Part shown: in pieces, positions 11,342 through 21,192 of the stretch
Numbering within the stretch: position 1 is the stretch's first letter
How the letters are laid out: each line of letters opens with the position of its first letter
Assembly (NCBI GenBank): GCA_038889075.1
Contig: JAWAHS010000001.1
Coordinates: 279,764-343,763 of the forward strand
DNA length: 64,000 nucleotides
Direction: 5' to 3'
Source of the DNA: Ignisphaera sp.
GTDB lineage: Archaea; Thermoproteota; Thermoprotei_A; Sulfolobales; Ignisphaeraceae
The notes under the pieces: generated by a model
Told to the model about the DNA's origin: nothing
Database searches by the model: none
What the model saw: only the letters and a program-made list of their open reading frames with translations
Translations under genes and position numbers: made by a program

Positions 11342-12598
11342 TTAAGTTTTTACTGTGTATTTTCCGTATTTGTATGCTGTTGTGTATATTGCTATTATGT
11401 TTTGTGGTGGTGTGTTTGGCTGTATGTTGTGTACTGGTGCATATATATATCCTCCTCCCGGTTTGAATATCTCTATAAGTTTCTTCACATGTTCAATAAC
11501 CTCCTCCTCTTTTGCAAATGGTAGAATATGCTGTGTATCCACACCACCACCCCAGAAAACAATCTGCTCACCAAAATCCCTCTTAAGCACCACAGGATCC
11601 ATACCCCTAGCAGAAATCTGAACAGGATCTATGGCATCTAGTCCAATATCTACGAATTCCTTTATAAAAGGATGTATAGAACCACAACTATGTATACGTG
11701 TAAATGCTTTTGAATATTTTTTCACATAGCTTATGATTTCCTCGTACCTATGTTTGTAGAATTCTCTAAATGTCTGTACCGATATCTGTGGACCCTCTTC
11801 AGTTCCAAGATCATCGTATGCAACTATAGCAACATTTACATATTCACCTAGAGCATTTAAAATTCTCTTTATATTATATCTATAGAGCTCCATGATGTAG
11901 TCTAATACAGCTTCTGCCAACGGTTTCCTAATCCTTAGATCAGATAGCCATCTATCCCAACCTCTTAAACTTTGGCCACCTGCATCATGGAGCCCACCGA
12001 TTTTCGTTACCCCTGGTAACACTATAGCGTATTCTGTGTTCCTGTATAGCCACTCTGCCTTTTTTCTAAGATTTTCTATCTCTTCATCTGTGAACTTATA
12101 CTGATCCCAGTTAAAGTCTTTAATGTCTTCAATAGTTTTTGCATCTGCTAAAGGAGGTTTTATACCCGCATGAATACCCCACCAAAAGTAGTAGCCATCT
12201 TTAGGCATTCTACCGCTATACAAACCCCTTAAATATGCCTTGTAGTACCCCGCTTCTTCAACAATTTCTAGATGCTCTGGAAACTCTATATGTATTCCCT
12301 GCGGATTTCTCCAAATCCGCCAGCCCATCCTATTTACATCAGGATGGCAGGGCTCGAGAACCCTATCAATCCTTACAACATCTATATTGAGGCGTTCCAG
12401 AACCTCTTTTTCAACCTCAGCAAGCATCTGGCTGTAATCAGCAACCCTAATAGGTTTTTCAGATAAACCCATCAATCTTCTAACACCATGATATACATTT
12501 ACATGGATCCCGGTAACACCACTACCCCCTAAATCAATAGGCACCCGATCAGCTTCCTCATGTCTTAAAGCTAAAATAATACGGTTACGAGGTGTCAG
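11342..12598 (-). CDS. UroD/MtaA-CmuA superfamily protein
   Basis: DDLGTEEG, HSCG, DPVQISA, FWGGGVDTQ and PVHNIQ motifs; homologous-looking N-terminus TPRNRIILALRHEEADRVPIDLGG extends to a CTG at 12598. Confidence 0.9.
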   Translation of the reverse strand: MTPRNRIILALRHEEADRVPIDLGGSGVTGIHVNVYHGVRRLMGLSEKPIRVADYSQMLAEVEKEVLERLNIDVVRIDRVLEPCHPDVNRMGWRIWRNPQGIHIEFPEHLEIVEEAGYYKAYLRGLYSGRMPKDGYYFWWGIHAGIKPPLADAKTIEDIKDFNWDQYKFTDEEIENLRKKAEWLYRNTEYAIVLPGVTKIGGLHDAGGQSLRGWDRWLSDLRIRKPLAEAVLDYIMELYRYNIKRILNALGEYVNVAIVAYDDLGTEEGPQISVQTFREFYKHRYEEIISYVKKYSKAFTRIHSCGSIHPFIKEFVDIGLDAIDPVQISARGMDPVVLKRDFGEQIVFWGGGVDTQHILPFAKEEEVIEHVKKLIEIFKPGGGYIYAPVHNIQPNTPPQNIIAIYTTAYKYGKYTVKT

Positions 12599-12699
12599 AC
12601 GACCTTCACCAAAGATTTACAGATGTTCGCCTAAGAATATGAACATTCATGCCCAAAAACAATTCATCTATTTAATAAGTACTTCGCCAATTTCTATGA

Positions 12700-13110
12700 T
12701 TGTAACTAAGCCTTCGTTCCAGCATCAGTGACTTCGACCTATTCCTTCCAATAATCAATTCTATTATCAATCAAACTTTTGCAAATAAAGCTAATTACAT
12801 ACCCTATATTATAAGAGCGGGTAAGTGGAAACCCGTGTAGCAACAGCGCAGCGATTTACTAAAAGTTATTATCATATCTATAGCAGCATACCAGTATAGA
12901 TACATAAAATGTTATTACTACAAGCTCCCCCTTCTCCTCAATATCAACAGGCTCTCCAGTCCTTGGATCAACCACCTCAACCAAAGCTAGCAACTCTATA
13001 AATATTCCACGATCTTTTTCTGTAAGCTCATCTGGTGGATAGTCGTAGTTTGCAAACGGATAGTATATATCCAACTCACGTGGAACCAGCTGGAGCCTGT
13101 ATAACATGAG
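12700..13110 (-). pseudogene. Remnant of a phenylacetate-CoA ligase-like gene
   Basis: VEVVDPRTGEPV...EKGELVVIT motif within a broken ORF. Confidence 0.6.
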
Positions 13111-13278
13111 TTAGTCATACTCCTAATATGATTAATACTTTATATGATTGGTCTGTATTTTAGCTAGAGCAATACTGTGCTGCTGAGCTCTAATATTAAT
13201 GGCGATGCCCGTTCAGATTTGGAATAGTGTAGATGAGAGGTTACTTAAAAAATTGGAAGCCTGTATACGTATTTTTGT

Positions 13279-14814
13279 CTATAGTGTATATCTCCAGACA
13301 CCCTTTCCTCTATAGTTATAGATTATACTCTTGTACGCTGTTACATACTCTATTGAATACCCTATGCCCTCTCTCCCTATCCCTGACTCCTTTCTTCCTC
13401 CAAATGGATAGTACCCTACACCGTGTCTAGGCATGTCATTTATATATATAGCTCCAAACTCTAGAAGCCTAATGAGTTTTCTAATTTTTTCTATGTTGTA
13501 TCCAAAGATGGATGCGTCAAGGCCGTATCTACGTCCATTTGCAAGCTCTATAGCCTCATCGAGCTGCTTAAAGGTTGTTATAAGGGATACCGGCGCAAAG
13601 ACCTCATCTCTATAGAGTCTTAACCTCTTCATATTAGCGCCATCTAAAAACTCAATTAATGTCGGTTCAATATATGTTCTACCCAATCTTCTTCCCCCAT
13701 ACAGTATTCTACCACCTAGTTTAACAGCCTCACTAATGGCATCCATTGCAGTATCCGCTGCGGTCTCATCGATCAAGGGACCCACTACTGTTTTTTCATC
13801 CCTAGGATCGCCAACAACTACTTTTGAGAGTTGCACAATAAGTAGCTCCTTCAATTTTGTGTATATAGACTCCTCGGCAATAACAAGCTTTACTGCATCA
13901 CATCTCTGGCCTGCATAGCTATATATACCTGCTGCTATGGCCTGTGCCGCAAACTCTAGATCAGCGTCATCTAGTACTATAGCAGGATCACCTCCACCGA
14001 GCTCCATGACGAACTGCTTTATCCCAGCTGAGGCTAGAATCTTTTTTCCTGTTTCACTACTTCCTGTAAAACTTATGACATGTATTCTACTATCCGATAA
14101 CAGCCTATCAGCTCCACCGCCAGGAATTGTTATAACTGCAAATGAGTCCCTAGGTACACCAGCTTCTATAGCCAGTCTAGCAAATAGTATAACCGGTAGA
14201 GGGTCTGCTGAGGAGGGCTTAATGATGACTGCATTGCCAGCTACAATACTGTAGGCAAATTTTGAGACGGTGTCAAATAGCGGATAGTTGAATGGTATTA
14301 CGGCTAGTACAACACCATATGGCTCCCTCTTAACAATAGCTTCCGTTTCGATAGTCGTTGGGTCCCAATCACCGGGTAGATAATCACCATATACTTTTCT
14401 AGCGTCTAGGTCAGCTCTTCTAAGTCTATCAATAGATGCATTTATTTCCCCAATAGCTTGAGCTCTAGTCTTTCCACTATTAATAACTAGAACCTCTACT
14501 AAGGAGTCTCTATGCTTCTCCATGAGGTCAGCCACCTTCTCTAGAATCTCAAGTCTCTTCCAACCAGGTACATCTCTAATACTCCACCTACCCGCACTAT
14601 AGACCCTCTGTACTATAGCATCTACCTCACTCCATGAGAGTTTTGGCACCTTAGCGATAATACTTAGATCTATGGGTGATTTAACATCCATATACTCTTT
14701 GCCAGCGATCCACTCTCCAGCACCATAAACTTTAAAGTACTGTAGTCCATTCCTCACCTCAAATATATCCGTAAATAGATCATCCTTTAAGTTAAGGCTA
14801 ACCACTCTACTCAC
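13279..14814 (-). CDS. gapN: Non-phosphorylating glyceraldehyde-3-phosphate dehydrogenase (GAPN, ALDH family)
   Basis: PFNYP, FTGS, MELGGGDP, YAGQRCDA, EVFAP and archaeal GAPN tail PRHGVGYYPFGGRK..YKGKGVW-like. Confidence 0.93.
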   Translation of the reverse strand: MSRVVSLNLKDDLFTDIFEVRNGLQYFKVYGAGEWIAGKEYMDVKSPIDLSIIAKVPKLSWSEVDAIVQRVYSAGRWSIRDVPGWKRLEILEKVADLMEKHRDSLVEVLVINSGKTRAQAIGEINASIDRLRRADLDARKVYGDYLPGDWDPTTIETEAIVKREPYGVVLAVIPFNYPLFDTVSKFAYSIVAGNAVIIKPSSADPLPVILFARLAIEAGVPRDSFAVITIPGGGADRLLSDSRIHVISFTGSSETGKKILASAGIKQFVMELGGGDPAIVLDDADLEFAAQAIAAGIYSYAGQRCDAVKLVIAEESIYTKLKELLIVQLSKVVVGDPRDEKTVVGPLIDETAADTAMDAISEAVKLGGRILYGGRRLGRTYIEPTLIEFLDGANMKRLRLYRDEVFAPVSLITTFKQLDEAIELANGRRYGLDASIFGYNIEKIRKLIRLLEFGAIYINDMPRHGVGYYPFGGRKESGIGREGIGYSIEYVTAYKSIIYNYRGKGVWRYTL

Positions 14815-14997
14815 CAGAATTATGAGAACCGATCAAAATTTTTTATAGTTCTGGTTATGAAAGACATTACATATTTTCAAGAGTCGTAAAGTACAGACCC
14901 TATAAAACTTCTTTTAATAAGTTACATCCTATACTATGTCATCTTAGCTCTACATATACCGTACTTTGTTAGAATTAAAACTAAATATTGTTGCAGA

Positions 14998-15278
14998 GGG
15001 GTTTAGCTCTGGTATAGGTTTATATTGGTTTCATCGCCTCATCCCTGTTTCCCCTGCATCGGTCTTGGATCTGCATCGCCCTTGGAGGTGTTTAGGGCGA
15101 CCCCGGGCACCCCACATCTTGAGTACCTCGGGGAGAGCCTTCATCGAGAGCATCACAGCGGCTCTCGAACCCCTCATCGAGATGTATCCACGTACCACTA
15201 CGCATAGAGTATTTATAAGCGTTTCTATCAATATCAACCAATGCGAACAGATATGAAAACCAAAACAGTTGTACAAGG
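14998..15278 (-). mobile_element. Mini-element copy A (non-autonomous IS607-like element with promoter and omegaRNA-like scaffold)
   Basis: Reverse complement aligns end to end with 60846-61119, from (CC)TTGTACAACTGTTT through AGAAACGCTTATAAA and CAAGATGTGGGGTGCCCGGGGTC to AGAGCTAAACCCC. Confidence 0.88.
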
Positions 15279-15484
15279 CTATAACGATACCTAATAATAA
15301 GCTGCTAAATGTTGGGAAGGGGTTGTAATACGGCCCTTATCGTAAATGGAGTACTAGTGGTATCGGTGAATTCTATTTGAAGATTGATAAAAATTGAATC
15401 TGAGTATAGCATTGACCCTTACTATGGTAATGATGCGCTGACTCTCTGTGGCAATATTAGAGGGCTTAGAATAGTTGAGGGCCT

Positions 15485-15646
15485 TTACCCTTCACCAGCA
15501 ACTAGAGCTACACCTATGGCAGCACCTCTTTTCAAAGTCCTGTCAGTAATATAAACTACCTCTCCATCAATTACCACAACTATATATCTATAGCACCTCT
15601 CTACAACTCTTTTTATATTTTCTGAAAGCCCGTGGTGGTCAGGCAT
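15485..15646 (-). CDS. Small hypothetical protein (53 aa, weakly DUF5678-like)
   Basis: MPDHHGLSENIKRVVERCYRYIVVVIDGEVVYITD...; a paralogous broken copy lies at ~8114-8190. Confidence 0.4.
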   Translation of the reverse strand: MPDHHGLSENIKRVVERCYRYIVVVIDGEVVYITDRTLKRGAAIGVALVAGEG

Positions 15647-16280
15647 TGATACTGACTACCCCGAAGGAGCTCCATTTCAGGAATGGCGGCTTAGCAATAA
15701 TGGAGCTATAACCAGTGTAACAGATACTAACAGCGGTAGTTTAGTTATTTTAAAGAGTTCTTCTCTTGGCTTAGGAAAGACGAAATACTCAACTAAATAA
15801 GCCTATGATATAGATCTGGAGTCCAGCTAGAATTTCAGAATATTTTGTAATTAGAAGAAAGAAGGCAAAAAGTGCTGGTAGAAAACCTAAAATAATAATT
15901 ATTAACGAATCTACAGTGTGTCTAAAAATGGTAGGCCCACTATAAACTTTAAAAAATATAAAGGGATTACTATCAAAATTCAGCTGATAAAAACCGGTTC
16001 CTAAGACCATTTCAATAGAACAGACATAGGATACCGGATGAGTAATAAAGTCTAGACTTAATTCAGATGAATTAGTGAACCGAAAATTAACTACAGCTTA
16101 ATTAAACCACCATCATACCTGTAGTAACCATTAATGTGGTGCTTAAATGTTTATCGCACCATGTTTTATGGTCTTTATGTGGCTGTCATTCTTCCCTCAC
16201 TCTTAAACATTCAAAGACTAGTGGAATCTATTTCTATGTATAGCCGGGCTATTGTATTCAATTCACCTGCTATATAGTAT

Positions 16281-17516
16281 TTACAGCCCTCTTAATCTAT
16301 GATAATATAAGTGTTCAAGATTTTTCCTTATAGACTCTATAAATTCCTCTGTTGTAGCCACTAGACTTGGTTGTCCCTCCATTACCTTTGCAATATCTTG
16401 TGTAACTACCCTATCTACTTCTATAGTTTTTTTCACTGCCTCCTCCAGTGTATGGGCAAATTCTATAAGTTCACTCGAACCATCTAGCTCCCCTCTCCTC
16501 TTTAGGGCTCTACTCCATGCAAATATGATTGCTGTTGGATTTGTAGATGTCTTTTCCCCCTTTAGATATCTATAGTAGTGTCTTTGCACGGTCCCATGTG
16601 CAGCCTCCGACATATAATGAGCTTCTGGAGAGAGAAGCTCTGATGTCATCATGGCTAGGCTTCCAGAGTATGCGGCCGCTATCATATCTGACAGTACATC
16701 GCCATCATAATTTTTAGCTGCCCAAACAAACCCTCCCTCAGATCTAATAGCCCTAGCATACGCATCATCGATTAGGTAGTATTCGTACTTTAGCCCCTTC
16801 TCATTGAAAATCTCTTTGAATTCCCCCTCAAATACCTCCTGGAATACCTCTTTAAATCTAGCATCGTAGACCTTAGATATCGTCTCTTTGGCTGCAAACC
16901 AGACATCTAGGTTATTCATAAGGGCGTATTTAAATACCGCTCTTGCAAAACTCTCTATAGATCTATCAAGGTTATAGTATGCTTGAAGCACACCTGGTCC
17001 TGGAAACACCCCTATCTTAACCCTTATCTCCCTACCTAATCTAGATCTGTATACAATCTCCGCCTCTCCAATATCATCAAATCTTATACCGGTGCCAGAA
17101 TATATATCTCCAAAGGCATGTCTAGCTACAACTATAGGCTTCTTCCAAAACCTTACAGCGGGAATAACACTTCTAATAACTATAGGGGCTCTAAATATTG
17201 TACCATCCAAAATCTCTCTAATTGTTGCATTAGGACTCCTCCACTCCCTTTTAAGACCATACTCTTTAACCCTTTCAGCATTAGGAGTAATGGTGGCACA
17301 CTTTACACCAACACCTACCCTTTTAATAGCCTCTGCCGCCTCTATTGTAATCCTATCGTTGGTTTCATCCCTAATCTTTATGTGAAGATCGTAGTATTCA
17401 ACCTTTAACTCAACAAAAGGCTCTATAAGTCTTTCCTTAACCCAGTGCCATACAATCCGAGCCATCTCATCACCATCAATCTCAACAATTGGTTTAATCA
17501 TAGATACCCTCTCCAT
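16281..17516 (-). CDS. icd: NADP-dependent isocitrate dehydrogenase, type II (eukaryote/Thermotoga-like)
   Basis: GDEMAR, KCATITP, WRSPNATIR, RHAFGDIY, KNYDGDV, EAAHGTV and STNP motifs; GGTGA ribosome-binding site before ATG 17516. Confidence 0.95.
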   Translation of the reverse strand: MERVSMIKPIVEIDGDEMARIVWHWVKERLIEPFVELKVEYYDLHIKIRDETNDRITIEAAEAIKRVGVGVKCATITPNAERVKEYGLKREWRSPNATIREILDGTIFRAPIVIRSVIPAVRFWKKPIVVARHAFGDIYSGTGIRFDDIGEAEIVYRSRLGREIRVKIGVFPGPGVLQAYYNLDRSIESFARAVFKYALMNNLDVWFAAKETISKVYDARFKEVFQEVFEGEFKEIFNEKGLKYEYYLIDDAYARAIRSEGGFVWAAKNYDGDVLSDMIAAAYSGSLAMMTSELLSPEAHYMSEAAHGTVQRHYYRYLKGEKTSTNPTAIIFAWSRALKRRGELDGSSELIEFAHTLEEAVKKTIEVDRVVTQDIAKVMEGQPSLVATTEEFIESIRKNLEHLYYHRLRGL

Positions 17517-17627
17517 ATCATTCACCAAGGACGCTATTCTCAGAGAGCTAGATATGGTAAGGGGTTTATATGCTGGATGTCTAAACATTGAAGTAGAAAC
17601 TATAAGACATGATTTTGCTAGAAGGCT

Positions 17628-18029
17628 TTAGCCGTTAATTCGCTTTCTACTGATATATATCCGGTAGAGCCGGTCTACAACCCTACTATTAACATATGCA
17701 CCGTGCCCCCTAAGACCTCCGGAGAACTTAAATGGTATATGGAGTAGCTCGTGTATCAATACCTTTATCTGTTCATCTCTCCCGAGCTTAGAGAAATTCT
17801 CGTCCACAACCTCTATAGCATACATAGCCTCCTTTCCCAGTACATACCGCCATATTGATGGAAGAGCGTGTATCCTTGCCAATGCCTTTGTCTTAGAGCC
17901 GTAGCTTCTAACTACAACAACTCTGTCGATTAGTATATAGCTAAATACATCATCTAACGTAGTCACAATATCCTTTAATACATCATATATATTCCTATCA
18001 ATTATGTACCTAAGCATGAACAGCACCAA
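17628..18029 (-). CDS. Putative metallopeptidase (HExxH)
   Basis: ARIHAL...VLIHELLHIP..FSGGLRGHG, a conserved archaeal small protein pattern. Confidence 0.8.
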   Translation of the reverse strand: MVLFMLRYIIDRNIYDVLKDIVTTLDDVFSYILIDRVVVVRSYGSKTKALARIHALPSIWRYVLGKEAMYAIEVVDENFSKLGRDEQIKVLIHELLHIPFKFSGGLRGHGAYVNSRVVDRLYRIYISRKRING

Positions 18030-18088
18030 GAGGGTTTTATATACTGATTATGCTTCAGTATATTTAGTGTTGCTAGGGGTGCATCTAT

Positions 18089-19663
18089 ATGGAAAGGTAC
18101 ATTATGGTTATAGACCAGGGAACTACTGGAACTAGAGTAGTCATAGTTTCATCTGATGGTCTGCCCGCTAAAGGAGGGTGGTGCTACCGTGAACACACAC
18201 AAATATACCCTAGACCTGGTTGGGTTGAACACAATCCTCTAGAAATATGGGAAAAGACAAAACTCTGTATGGAGGAGATCCTTAGAAAAACCCGCATTAA
18301 TCCAAGAGATATTTTAGCTATTGGTGTAACTAACCAGAGAGAGACAGTAGTCGTATGGAATCCCAAGACAGGCCTCCCCCTATATAATGCAATTGTCTGG
18401 CAGGATAGAAGAACAGCTAAGTATGTTGATCTATTGAAGGAGAGCTATATAGATACAATAAAGAGTAAGACAGGTTTAACACCAGATAGCTACTTCTCAA
18501 GTGTGAAGATATGGTGGCTTATAGATAATGTTGAAAAGGTTCGGGAACTTATTAAAAAGGGTGAGGCTGTATTTGGTACAATAGATTCGTGGCTCGTATG
18601 GAACTTGACTAGAGGTTCTAGAGATGTGCTAACTCTAGAAAAAATGGGAGCACATGTCACAGACTACTCAAATGCTTCAAGAACGATGCTCTTCAATATA
18701 CATAAGCTTGAATGGGACAGCGAGCTTCTAGAGATACATGGAGGGATCCCAAGAGAATCCCTTCCTCTACCAAGACCATCAAGCGATAGGGAATTCTATG
18801 GATATATAGGGACTGAGGTAAGCGGCATCCTAAATGGTGTAGATATACCAGTTGCTGCGGCTATTGGCGATCAGCAAGCTGCCTTGTTTGGTCAAGTCGG
18901 ATTCGATATAGGAGATGTTAAGTGTACCTATGGAACTGGTAACTTCATATTAATGAATACAGGAAGCAGCGCCATTAATTCAAAATATGGATTGCTTACA
19001 ACAATCTACTACTCACTAGAACCTGGTAAAGCTCTATATGCTCTTGAGGGAAGCATATTTATAACAGGCGCTGCCATCCAGTGGTTAAGAGATGGTCTAA
19101 AGATTATAGAGGTTTCGGCTGAAGTAAATCCATTAGCTGAATCCACACCTGATACAGGTGGAATATATTTTGTACCTGCATTTGTTGGACTCGGTGCCCC
19201 ATACTGGGACCAGTATGCTCGAGGACTTATCATAGGAATTACAAGAGGTACAGAGAGAAGGCATATTGCTAGAGCAACGCTAGAAGCCATAGCATATCTA
19301 ACAAGAGATGTTGTAGAGGCCATGAAAGCGGATGTAGGAGAGGAGATAAAGGTTCTAAAAGCTGATGGTGGTGCATCGAAGAGTGATTTTCTCCTACAGT
19401 TTCAAGCAGATATTCTTGGAATAAAGGTTGTTAGACCTGCAATTCCAGAAACAACATCGCTTGGAATAGCATATCTTACTGGGATTGCAGCTGGTGTATG
19501 GAGAAGCTTAGACGAAATTAGAGGTATTTGGAGAATTGATAGGGAATTCGTGCCCGGGATGGATCCTGCAACCAGAGAGAGGCTGTATAGTGGATGGAAG
19601 GCAGCTGTTAAGAGGGCTATTGGATGGGCAAGGGAGGTTCCTTGGGCATACGGATATGAGTAG
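18089..19663 (+). CDS. glpK: Glycerol kinase
   Basis: IDQGTT, TNQRET, VWQDRRT, GDQQAAL, KCTYGTG, GLGAPYW and DGG motifs. Confidence 0.97.
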   Translation: MERYIMVIDQGTTGTRVVIVSSDGLPAKGGWCYREHTQIYPRPGWVEHNPLEIWEKTKLCMEEILRKTRINPRDILAIGVTNQRETVVVWNPKTGLPLYNAIVWQDRRTAKYVDLLKESYIDTIKSKTGLTPDSYFSSVKIWWLIDNVEKVRELIKKGEAVFGTIDSWLVWNLTRGSRDVLTLEKMGAHVTDYSNASRTMLFNIHKLEWDSELLEIHGGIPRESLPLPRPSSDREFYGYIGTEVSGILNGVDIPVAAAIGDQQAALFGQVGFDIGDVKCTYGTGNFILMNTGSSAINSKYGLLTTIYYSLEPGKALYALEGSIFITGAAIQWLRDGLKIIEVSAEVNPLAESTPDTGGIYFVPAFVGLGAPYWDQYARGLIIGITRGTERRHIARATLEAIAYLTRDVVEAMKADVGEEIKVLKADGGASKSDFLLQFQADILGIKVVRPAIPETTSLGIAYLTGIAAGVWRSLDEIRGIWRIDREFVPGMDPATRERLYSGWKAAVKRAIGWAREVPWAYGYE

Positions 19664-19686
19664 TACTGCAACTAGGTAGATTTAAT

Positions 19687-21192
19687 TTGAAGAAGTTTAA
19701 GGTTGCTATAATCGGTGCCGGAATTGTTGGAGTAGCTGTAGCACGAGTACTGAGTATGTATGAGAACTTCGATATTTCTATTGTCGAGATGGAACCCGAT
19801 GTTGGATGGGGTGTCAGTAAGGCAAACACGTCCATCATACATCCATGTCACGAAGAGGATCCGGATAGATATCCTCTAAGAGCAAGGCTGTGTAGGGAGG
19901 GAAACTCTATATGGAGAAGCTGGGTAAAGGAACTGGACATACCAGCTAAATGGCCAGGAGAGCTAATGGTATTCTATAGTAGTGAAGAGGAGAGGGAGGT
20001 GAGGAAATACATATGGTTTGCAGCTAGAAATAGTGTTCCTGGAATACGGATTATATATAGGGATGAACTTCCTAGCTATGAGCCAAATATAAGTCCAGAG
20101 GCAGAGGGAGCACTATATGCACCAACAGCTGGAACCATTTCACCATTCGAAGCGGTAATAGCCATTGCGGAGAATGCTACTGAGAATGGAGCTAGACTTT
20201 TTGCAGATACAAAGGTACTAAACATTAAGGTCGAGAATTACAGTATAGCTGGTGTGGAGACGAATAGAGGTTTTATTAATGCTGATATTGTCATTAATGC
20301 TGCTGGTCTATATGCTGATCATATATCACACTTAGCTGGTGTTGCACTTGACTTTTTTATAAAACCTAGAAGGGGTGAGTACATAGTCTTCGATGAAGAT
20401 ATTGATGTAAAGCCTACGAAAATTTTACATACAGTGCCGACATCTATAACTAAGGGGGTATATGCTATAACAACCGTCCACGGCAATCTTATGATAGGAC
20501 CTACTGCCGAGGATTTGTCCACAGATGTTAGGGAAGATAGAGCAACAACAGAAAGTGGCTTTACCTACCTACTTTCAGAGGGTAGAAGACTATTAAAGAA
20601 GCTACCACCCTTATCAAAGATTATAAGAAGGTTTGCAGGCCTTAGACCTGAACCGCCATATGGCAATTGGCTCATAGACGTCTATACTGATCCGTGGGGT
20701 TTTATCAATGTTGCTGGAATTAGATCTCCTGGCTTAACAGCAGCTCCTGCTATAGCTAGATATGTTTTAGAGCTACTTGTAGAGAAATATGATGTAAATC
20801 TTGTTGAGAAAAGTGGCTGGATTCGTTATAGAAAGGGTATAGAGAGTATCAGAAACCTTAGTATAGAAAGGTTGGATAACCTAATAAAGGTAGATCCAAG
20901 CTATGGTAGAATAGTGTGTAATTGTAAAGCTGTTTCAGAGGCTGAGATAGTAAAAGCTGCTGACAATATAGTGAAGATAGGAGCTAAACCTACTATAGAC
21001 GGTATTAAATTTAGAACTACGGCAGGTTTTGGAAAATGTCAAGGATCATTCTGCAGATGGAGGATAGCCCTACTACTATCACATAAACTTGGCATACCAC
21101 TACATAGTGTTATTGTCAAGAGAAGCGCATACGGCTTAGGGGATATAAAGTTTCTATTAAGTAGAAATCAGAGTGAGGTAGAACGTTCTTGA
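19687..21192 (+). CDS. FAD-dependent glycerol-3-phosphate dehydrogenase-like protein with BFD-type [2Fe-2S] domain
   Basis: GAGIVG, SKANT, SPGLTAAPAI; C-terminal CNC...GKCQGSFC; follows glpK. Confidence 0.9.
   Translation: MKKFKVAIIGAGIVGVAVARVLSMYENFDISIVEMEPDVGWGVSKANTSIIHPCHEEDPDRYPLRARLCREGNSIWRSWVKELDIPAKWPGELMVFYSSEEEREVRKYIWFAARNSVPGIRIIYRDELPSYEPNISPEAEGALYAPTAGTISPFEAVIAIAENATENGARLFADTKVLNIKVENYSIAGVETNRGFINADIVINAAGLYADHISHLAGVALDFFIKPRRGEYIVFDEDIDVKPTKILHTVPTSITKGVYAITTVHGNLMIGPTAEDLSTDVREDRATTESGFTYLLSEGRRLLKKLPPLSKIIRRFAGLRPEPPYGNWLIDVYTDPWGFINVAGIRSPGLTAAPAIARYVLELLVEKYDVNLVEKSGWIRYRKGIESIRNLSIERLDNLIKVDPSYGRIVCNCKAVSEAEIVKAADNIVKIGAKPTIDGIKFRTTAGFGKCQGSFCRWRIALLLSHKLGIPLHSVIVKRSAYGLGDIKFLLSRNQSEVERS

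Noticed and set aside
14966-15276. ORFs 14966-15256, 15025-15207 and 15031-15276 (and 60868-61095) as proteins
   Set aside because: They lie within the GC-rich mini-elements and the reading frames are not conserved between copies; better explained as non-coding RNA.
15789-16010. 73-aa hydrophobic ORF
   Set aside because: No motif or clear start signal; probably a fragment of a decayed membrane-protein gene.
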